From: a virus
Lineage: Duplodnaviria; Caudoviricetes
Direction: 5' to 3' (one strand)
Length of the DNA stretch: 48,601 nucleotides
Virus record (IMG/VR): IMGVR_UViG_3300020397_000375
Span: 1-48,601 of that record
The notes under the pieces are model-generated. The model did not search any database. It had not been told where the DNA came from and saw only the letters and a list, made by a program, of their open reading frames with translations. The position numbers and the translations under genes were made by a program. This document shows, one piece after another, positions 1 to 9,100 of the stretch (position 1 is its first letter; every line of letters starts with the position of its first letter).

Positions 1-63
1 TTTGGTAAAGAACTTGGTGTAACAGTAATAACAGGGGAAACAAGTCACTTCTTGTGGAGATAA
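1..63 (+). CDS. 3' end of a gene truncated by the window edge
   Basis: Open frame FGKELGVTVITGETSHFLWR ending TAA at 61-63; its GGAG serves as RBS for the next gene. Confidence 0.45.
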   Translation, partial: FGKELGVTVITGETSHFLWR

Positions 64-66
64 GTA

Positions 67-1053
67 ATGGGTTCATTTTGTAAGTCAGGCACCAAAACAA
101 ATACACAAACAACAGATATACCTGATTATATTAAAACGCCACTCAAGGATAATCTTGCGAAGGCGGCTGATTTAGTCAAGCAAGAATATATACCTTACGG
201 CGGTGACCGCATTCAGGATTTTTCACAAGACCAACTGGATGCTTTCCAACAAATTAGGGACCGTGTTGGTACAGGTCAAGCGGACTTAGATGCCGCTATG
301 GCTGGTATCAAATCTCTTTCTCCAACACAGGCACAACAAACACAAGCTAGACAATTTGACGCCCAAACAGCCCAAGACTACATGAACCCATACACACAAC
401 AGGTCTTGGATGTGGCTCGTCAACGTGCGTTTGAAGCGGAAGATATAGCCGCACAAAAGCGTGCCGCTAATCAAGTTGCGGCAGGTGCGTTTGGTGATAA
501 TTCGCGTAGATTTATTGAGAACACTGAAGCACAGTCAAATCTACAAGACCGTATGGCGGCAATGGAAGCTGACCAGTTGGCAAAAGCATACGGGGCGGCA
601 CAGCAAGCGTACAAAACTGACGCAACCCTAGACATGCAGTCACAACTTGCCAATCAAAGGGCGGGACTTCAGGCTGACCAGTTAAACACACAGCAAGCAT
701 TAGGTGCCGCACAGGGAATAGCTGGTCTGGTTAATCAAGGTCAGGGGCTAACATTTGACCAAGCCAATGCCCTCATGCAGATTGGCGGTCAACAACAACA
801 AATGGGTCAGGCTGGTCTGGACCTTGCCTATTCTGACTTCCAACAACAGCAAGCATACCCCTACCAACAGATTGGCTTTATGGCTGATTTACTTCAAGGT
901 GCGCCTATGGGTACGGTCACTACAATGACACAACCCACACCATCTCCGTTCCAGTCCGCTTTAGGTCTTGGTCTTACTGGTCTTGGCATCTATGGGTCAG
1001 GCGGTGGATTTACCCCCGGCGGATTTTCAATGGCTAACTTATATAATCAATAG
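67..1053 (+). CDS. internal virion / DNA ejection (pilot-type) protein
   Basis: Gln/Ala-rich helical protein with YMNPY motif, 'AAGAFG..R' and Gly-rich hydrophobic C-terminus; first of three consecutive ejection-like genes. Confidence 0.7.
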   Translation: MGSFCKSGTKTNTQTTDIPDYIKTPLKDNLAKAADLVKQEYIPYGGDRIQDFSQDQLDAFQQIRDRVGTGQADLDAAMAGIKSLSPTQAQQTQARQFDAQTAQDYMNPYTQQVLDVARQRAFEAEDIAAQKRAANQVAAGAFGDNSRRFIENTEAQSNLQDRMAAMEADQLAKAYGAAQQAYKTDATLDMQSQLANQRAGLQADQLNTQQALGAAQGIAGLVNQGQGLTFDQANALMQIGGQQQQMGQAGLDLAYSDFQQQQAYPYQQIGFMADLLQGAPMGTVTTMTQPTPSPFQSALGLGLTGLGIYGSGGGFTPGGFSMANLYNQ

Positions 1054-1061
1054 AGAACGAT

Positions 1062-3131
1062 ATGATTAATCCAGCACAATATACAAAAGTACTGCAAGGC
1101 GCATCGGACGAACAGCTTATGGCTATGTTAAAACGTCCAGATAAAATACCTTCACAGTTCATTGTTGCTGAAATTAATCGGCGGCAAGCCATGAGACAAG
1201 CGGCGCAAGCACAAGAAAGACAGATGGCAAAAATGCAACAGCAACCCGTGATGCCTCAAGCACCGCAACAGATGGCACCTATGGGAAAACAACAGCCGCA
1301 ACGACCACCTCAACAACCCGTTGGTATGAGGGTTGGAGGTGACCCTAGTAGGGTCGCAGACATAATTCGTAACAGGCCATATTATCAAGATTTACTTGAC
1401 AGAACTGTCCAAAGAAGGGGTCCACAGTTCCTAGATGATGGGTTTACAATAGACCCAGATAGCATAAGACAAGATGACTATACTGGATTGCGGAAACAAA
1501 TTCCTTACATACGTCCAACATCTCCAATTAATAGGGGTGACATACGCAGTTTAGCTATACCAGTGTCTTTGAATGAGGGGCAAACAAGTGACACGTTATC
1601 AGGAATGTCAGAGGGTCTTAATAACCCCGGAATGAATGAAGGTCAGCCTTCAAATACAAAACCTATTGTCGATAGTGATAGTAGGTTTGATGGTCCAAAA
1701 ACCATTGACCAGAAAATAAATGATGGGTTTGAAAGTTTTGAGGGAGATTTAGAATCAACAAAAGAAGGAATAAAGTCTAGTGGCTCGGATGTGACGGCGG
1801 CAGAGATAGATAAATCAGGCATGGAAAGCGATAAGATTACCATAGGCAAAACAACTGACGAGACCGATACCTCAGAACTAGAGAAGGGTATTAGAGATAA
1901 GGTAACTGTAGACTTAGGGAAAAGCCAAACCTCTTTGTTTAAAGAGGTGTTTGAAGCTAATCAGGCTGACAGAAAGTCATTAGCTGAAGCACAAGCAATA
2001 CTTTCGGACAACCAAAGAAAACGACTATCTGGTCTTCAAGAAGACTTTGACAAAGTAACTGGTGCTATGGAAAAACTGGCAGAGGCATACGACAAAAATT
2101 CTACAACACCAGAGAATAGATTTTTTCGTTCCTTGACTGATATGGGCGTTGATTTGCTGGCAAGCCCTGAAGCCAACTTCATGCAAGCATTAGGCAAGTC
2201 CGCAAAGAAGGGGCTTGAAACATGGGACACCTTAAGTAAAGAAGCAAAGGACAACGTACTGAAGAAGTATACGGCTGGCGTAACCCTTGCACAAACAAGG
2301 GCAGACCTATCGTCTAAGATTACTGCGGCGGCAGACGCTATAGATAAAGGTGATGTTAATGCACTAAACACTATTCTAACGGGTCGCATAGCAGATAGAA
2401 AGGGATTGATAGATGCTGGCGCACAGGATAAGGGCTTTAGCTTAAAAGGAACTGGACTTGAACTACAGCAAAGAGGTCAAGATATATCTGCGGGCGCACA
2501 GCTTGCTGGCATTAGACAGGGTGACACACGAATTAAATCACAAGAGGAGATTGCCCAAGGACAAATCGCTTCAAGGCAAGCAGAGGGCGATGCCAACAGG
2601 AGTGTACAGCTAGGGACCGCACAGGCACAGCTTGACCAAGGCGCAGATATTGCCAATCAGAGGGATGAAAGAGCAAAACAAGGTCAGCTTATTCAAGTTG
2701 AAGGTCTTGAACTACAGTCACTAAATAACTGGGCAAGTCAGCTTAACGCAGATGAACGCAATCGTATAGCCAATATCACAGCCAACAAGCCACCAGCGGC
2801 TGTTGCATATCTTGAACATCTTGTTTCTAACAAAACAAAGTATGGCCTTGATGACAGCGACATAACTGACTTTATTACTGGCGCAAACAAAGGCACATCT
2901 GGTTCTATGGCAAGCATACTGACAACAGTCAGAACATATGCCAAGACAGACTTTGAACAGCAAACTCCAATTCCGGGGGTAGAACCAGCAAATGACGGGC
3001 AGTATTCGTTGGCTCAATACGATGCGTATCACCGCCGTAATCTGTTAGGTATGTTTGGTTTGGGTGGTGACCAAAGTTTATCATCCCAATCTAATGCAGA
3101 CCCTTTAGGACTTAAGACTAAGGATAAATAA
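1062..3131 (+). CDS. internal virion / ejection protein
   Basis: 689 aa; Q/P/M-rich N-terminal leader ending MRVGG, coiled-coil body, C-terminal DPLGL; lies between two other ejection-like genes. Confidence 0.6.
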   Translation: MINPAQYTKVLQGASDEQLMAMLKRPDKIPSQFIVAEINRRQAMRQAAQAQERQMAKMQQQPVMPQAPQQMAPMGKQQPQRPPQQPVGMRVGGDPSRVADIIRNRPYYQDLLDRTVQRRGPQFLDDGFTIDPDSIRQDDYTGLRKQIPYIRPTSPINRGDIRSLAIPVSLNEGQTSDTLSGMSEGLNNPGMNEGQPSNTKPIVDSDSRFDGPKTIDQKINDGFESFEGDLESTKEGIKSSGSDVTAAEIDKSGMESDKITIGKTTDETDTSELEKGIRDKVTVDLGKSQTSLFKEVFEANQADRKSLAEAQAILSDNQRKRLSGLQEDFDKVTGAMEKLAEAYDKNSTTPENRFFRSLTDMGVDLLASPEANFMQALGKSAKKGLETWDTLSKEAKDNVLKKYTAGVTLAQTRADLSSKITAAADAIDKGDVNALNTILTGRIADRKGLIDAGAQDKGFSLKGTGLELQQRGQDISAGAQLAGIRQGDTRIKSQEEIAQGQIASRQAEGDANRSVQLGTAQAQLDQGADIANQRDERAKQGQLIQVEGLELQSLNNWASQLNADERNRIANITANKPPAAVAYLEHLVSNKTKYGLDDSDITDFITGANKGTSGSMASILTTVRTYAKTDFEQQTPIPGVEPANDGQYSLAQYDAYHRRNLLGMFGLGGDQSLSSQSNADPLGLKTKDK

Positions 3132-6100
3132 ATGTCTATTATTGATGGACTGCGTTCTCAGTTTCCTATGTATGATGACCTTTCTGATGCAGAACTTCTT
3201 GAAGGCTATCGCAATAAATTTCATCCAGATACCTCGTTGCAGGAACTTGAAGAACTTTATGCAGATAAAATAGAACGAGAAGAGAGGGAACGCCAACTAG
3301 AAAACCAAGGTTTCTTTGGCCGCGCCGCTGATTTGATTGAGGCTGGTGGTAGAGAGTTTGTGGGTGCATCTGCCGAAGGTATAGCAACTGTTGCTGACAT
3401 GATTGGCGGTGACAGAACAGATAGCTTTGAACAAAGTTTGCAATCTTTTGCCGAAGGGCAAAGGGAAGAAGCACGTTCCATTCCGGGCATTCAACCTATC
3501 TTAGAGGCAGAGGGCATTGGCGATGTTGTTTCGTCTGGTGCATCTTACCTTGCCCAGTCAATACCAGAACTAGCCGCTGTGTCTGCCGCGTTCTATGCTG
3601 GTGGTAAAGGTGGTGCCGCTGTTGGAACAGCCATAGCACCCGGCCCCGGAACTGCCTTAGGCGCACTTATTGGTTCTATCGGTGCTGGTACTGCCGCTGG
3701 ACTGCTTGCCTTTGCTGGAAGAAACGTAGAAGAGTTTAAACGTGTACAGGGCCGCGACCCTACATTTGACGAACAGCAATCAATATTAGGTACTGCCGCT
3801 GTTCAGTCAGCCGCCAATACCCTATTATCTAAACTTCTGTTTGCTAAAGGTACAGGCAGAACTATAACTGGTAACATGGTGAAGAAAGGACTTCAAGGCA
3901 CTGGTGCAGAAGCCCTTACAGAAACTATACAAGAAGCACTAACTATTGGTCAGGCAAACAACTATGAGGATATAGCTGAATTAATTAGCAATCCAGAAAA
4001 TCAACGCCGCCTTGGCGAATCATTCCTTGCTGGCGGTTTGGTTGGTGGCGGAATTGGTACGGCTAGTGGTGTCTTTGGGGTTGAGCCTACACCAGACCCA
4101 GACAAAGACCTTAAGGCGGCGGCAGAAGAGTTTGTTGCTGGTAGACCTCAAGACCCAGAGGCTATATCAGGACCACCGCCTGTACCACAACTAGAGTCCT
4201 TTATTATGGGTGGCAAACGCACAGACCCCACAGGACCAGAGATACAACCACCAAGACCACAAAGAGTGGAACCAGTAGTTGACCGGGAAGGAAACGTACA
4301 ACAACAAGTATTGACTGGTCAACAAGAACCATTACTACAAGCAAGGCCGGACACAAGGCTAACTCCTGACGAACGTGCAAGACAGATAAACCAAGACATG
4401 GTCATGGATATCACTCGCCGTGCCATAGAGAATGGTCAAGACCCTCTTGTTGCGCTATCTGACCCTGCTATAGAACAAGACATCATTAAAAACATACAAC
4501 TCGAACAGGAGTCTGACGCAGTCATTGCACCAACTCCTGTTTCTCAAGCTGACCAAAACGTATCTAGGCTAAACAATCGTCAGCTTATAGAGTTTGCTGA
4601 ACAGAACGCAGACTCAGACCCAATCTTAGCCGAAATCATGGCAAAAGAAATCCCCATCCCAGCAAAAACGCGGTTGATACGCCGCCGACTAGCCGAAAAG
4701 AACATCTCCCCCACCACATCATTGGAACAGGACCAGCAAGTTGGTGACCCAATCTTGCGTAAAACATCTGCCGTTGACGAAGACGGTAAGATTAGGTTGA
4801 CCGCAACACCTGACACAGTTCAGGAAACGGATATAGCAACACAGCCTCGCATGGTTAGGCGGACCGACACAGCGGAAGGTAAGAAACTCCGTCAAGAGAT
4901 TGGCCCGATTGTCACCCGTGGTCTTCTTGATGCGTTGAAGATAAGAGGAGGAGAAGCGTCTACAAGATTTACCCCTGACGGGTTAATGGATGAAGATGCA
5001 ACCAGCCGGGCAGAAACCCGTTATCAAGGTGCTACAAACTACCTCTTGACCAGACTTGATGCTATGGCGAAGCGTGGCGACCAAGGTGCTAAAGCCGCTA
5101 ACGCTATCAAGACACAAGTTCTCAATAACAAGAAGATTACATCAAACGAAATTGTTGGTGCTTTCTTGGCCGCAGATGCAATCGTAGATACATTAGGCGG
5201 ACAGGGCGCACAGAACGGTGTTGATATACGCTTCTTTGACAGGTTAACACAGCGCAACGATGCGTATGGATTTAAGTTATATGAGGATACTGTAGAGGGT
5301 AAATCAAAAGCTGTTATTGAACTGGCATTACAAGGTGACACTGTTGAGGGTATTCGCGGTACAGCGGCACACGAAGCATTTCATGTCTTGCAAGATTTCT
5401 ATGCATCAGAAAGTCCCAAAGACAAAAAGGTTCTCGACTCTTTCTACAAGTTGGACAAGGATGGCAAGGTCAATTACAAGGCACTTCCTGCATCTATAAA
5501 GCGTCTGTGGAAAAAGCATGGGCGAGAAGGCTATCATGACCTAGCACTCAAGGGTCAACTACCAGACCAGATAGCTAAAAGTCCGTCTGAGTTTCAGGCT
5601 ATGACCTATGAGTATTACAAGAAGGCCCAAGCCGCTGGTGAAGCTAACCCCTTGTCTGGCCCTATGGGTGGGTACTTTAATTTTGTAAGTCAGTTTCTGC
5701 CACGCCTTAAGAACTCCCTAAATGGTATGGGTTTCCAAACTGCACAGGATGTATTCGCCCGTGCTGGCAAGGGTAAAACTGGGCAACAACTAAAAGGACG
5801 CAAGCTAACCCCAAGAGAACCAGCACCATTCCGTCAAGCGGCTGAAGAAGCTAGTGAACGGAACATAATGGAAGAATACAAGAAACAAGTAAGTTCCACT
5901 GGTATGAAACCTGACCCAACACAGGCTGGAACCGTCATAGAGGGTTCCATTGAATATGAAATGGAAGCTGGCCCAGTAACTAGTGTTGAAACGAAATCAC
6001 CCCTTAAGGAAGGTGTGAATTTCTTGCGAACATTACTTAGTAGTGATTTGAGTGACATTCCAGAACTACGAGGAAAAATACCTCAATCACTTATTGATGC

Positions 6101-9100
6101 CGCAAAGGGTGAGAGTATGGCAGATTTTCGGACTGCCCTTTTAAATCATCCAAGTAGGTATATATTTGACCAAACAAATGACGATAGAGTTATAGAAAAA
6201 TTTGGTAATCACGGTCTTATCATTGGAGATGTAGAAAGAAATCGTACCTCTCCTGAAATGGATGAAGATGTTACTTTCACATTGGTTCGCATGAGTGGTG
6301 ACGGCAAGAATAATATAAGAGTTGCCACTATGAGGTCTACAAAAGCTGATGCTATGGAAACCAATCAGTATCTAGGCACAGACTCAGAACCATCAACTGT
6401 TTATTTGCCTTACTCTACTGAGACTAGGCAACTTAATCAACAGTTAATAGATGAAGCGCAAATTTCTAAGTCAGTTAGAAAGATTAAAAGAAATGTTATG
6501 GTGTTGGCAGGTATTAACACTGTGTACTCTAATGATTTATATGAAGCATCAACTTTAATTGACGAAGACAGTGCTATTCGCATAGGTCAAGAAGGTGGTA
6601 CAGTTAGACTCCTCAATATAGATTTCAGGGTTGATGACAGTTTTGCCGCTGACGAAAATTTCAGAACACCAATTAATCTTTCGGGTATGTCAAAGCTATA
6701 TGGCGCGGTTCTTGCTGGTGTAAGAAAAGCCTTAGATGCACAAAAGAAACGCGGCGAAAGAATTGATGGGATAATGTTTGCTGGAAATGAGTCTAAACGT
6801 GATGAGACTCGCTCTACAGAAGGGTTGTTTGGAGCCAATCAAAAGCAAAGAATTTATAATAGAATTGCAAGAATGAAATCTTTTGCCAAGGAGTTTCCAG
6901 AACTATCTATGGAGACTATATCTGGTTTTGGGTCCACCGTTATGCCCACAAACAAAATCAGACAAGCAAAATCAGATTTACAAAACAGAGCGCAACAGAG
7001 AATAGAACAACAGTTAGCTTTATTCAATGATGATGCGACTACTGTTGATGCGGATTTTGATGTTGTCGATTCAGAAGCCTTAGAAGCTATTCTTGGTGAA
7101 GCATCAATGCGGTTTGAACGTGTTCCTGATTTAAGTCAGGTAACACCAAATCGAGCAAACAATCAGGTAGCAAACACACTTGGCTTAACAGATAGAGAGC
7201 GTGCGTTATCATCTCTTGATGTTCTATATAACCCTGACTTCTCAGTGACTGTTCCAGAACGTGATATAGGTGGTCCCGGCCCTGATGGATTTGAAAGGAC
7301 GGCTGGTTCTAACATTAATGAAGTAGCTAGAGCCTTACAAAATCGTGCGCTTTCTATAATCGGTCAGGCAATAACAAAGTCCAACCCAGAGACGGACGAA
7401 ATGTTGGCTAAGATTATGGCGGCAGAGACAGTAGCCGCCATGCAAAACAATCCAGACACCAACGCGGCTAACTGGTACACAGAAAATATTAAAAGGGCAA
7501 TAGCTTCTGTGTCCAAACTTTACCCAGAGATAGCAACAAACAGAGAACACCGTTCTGCCTTTAGCGTTGCATTAGCTATAACATCCCAAGGAATAAAGGT
7601 AGACAGAAACTCTGCTATTGGCCTTGGTGCTTACGAGTTCTGGAGAAAGAATGGTAGGTTCCCAGAGTTCGGTGAGGGTGAAGCCGCTGGTGCAATGAGG
7701 GCCAACTTCAAAACAGCAAACAAACTTATGAAAGCGTTTAACGCAAGGGGCAGAAACTTTAGGTTTGTTGATTTCCTAGACAGTCAATACACCAAGCGAG
7801 AGTTGATGGAAACCCTTGAACAAGCTGGTATAGACTTGAAAGGGCCGGATTCTGTATCCCTCAGTGGCGAAAACATGGACGCCAAACTGTACGGTTCTTT
7901 TGTCTTTGGACCAAAGATTGGTCAGGGTTTCTACCAAAACCTGATGGGTAACTACGACCCAGTTACAATAGATAAATGGTTTATGAGAACATGGGGCCGA
8001 CTGACAGGTACATTAATTGGTAAGCCAGCTTACAAAGACAACATTGCCGCATTGAGAACTATGATGCTTGAAGAGGGTATTGAGTTTGACCAAGAACTAT
8101 TTGGTACAGACGAACAGTACACCCTTAATAAAGTGTCTGAAGTTTATAAGATGGGTGAGGATTTCTACAAACAGAACCGTGAAGAAATAGATGCTAAACG
8201 CATGGCTAAATCACCAGCCATGAAGAAAGCTAAGAATGCTTATGACAATGGCATGAAGCCTAACGAAGCACTTAACGGAACAAAGCGTCAGTGGATGCGT
8301 TCTGTTGTGGCCCGTGCAAGAGAGATACTAGCGCAACAGGGCATCAATGTTACATCGGCAGACCTTCAGGCAATACTTTGGTATCCTGAGAAAGACTTGT
8401 ACGACAAACTTGGTAATGACGGGTCAGGTGCAGATAGACTTAATCAATCATATGAAGATAGCTTTGGAGAATTAATAGATGGCGAAACAGGGATACGCAC
8501 CGTGGACGGAAGAGGCAGATTTGACTCTGTCCGAGAATCTATCAGACAAGAAGATAGACAATCTCGTAGAGGCACTGGTGGAACTAGCGGACAGGAAGCA
8601 TCAATTAGGCTCGGAAGGGACTACAGAACAACAGAAGGGATGAAGCGTGTTCTTGCTGACCCTGCAAGAGATAATGTTGGTCGCAAGTTTTTTAATGTAT
8701 TACGTCCGTTCACAACAAAAGAAGGTAGGAAGCAACAGTTCAATAGGTTCATTGACTCTGCGGTACACGGACTGAGGCCGATTGGTGACAGAGAAAGGCG
8801 ACTTTCTGCCGTAAAGTACGGCGTAAAAAAATATCTGCCTTTTGCAGAAGGTGCCTTTAAGATTGCTGAGTTTGCACAACAGCGGTCTGGAAGAATGCAA
8901 CAGTTTATAGAACACGGCCCGCCCGTTCTTGGTGCTGAGGGTGAAGTAACCATTGACAACTCAATAGGTGGACTGCGTGAAATATTCTCACCAATAGGAA
9001 CTGGTCCAAAATATGCACAGTTCCAGATGTATGTGTATGCAAAACGGGCGCAAAGACTTAAGGCAGAGGGTAGAGAAAACTTGATGTCAGATGCTGACAT

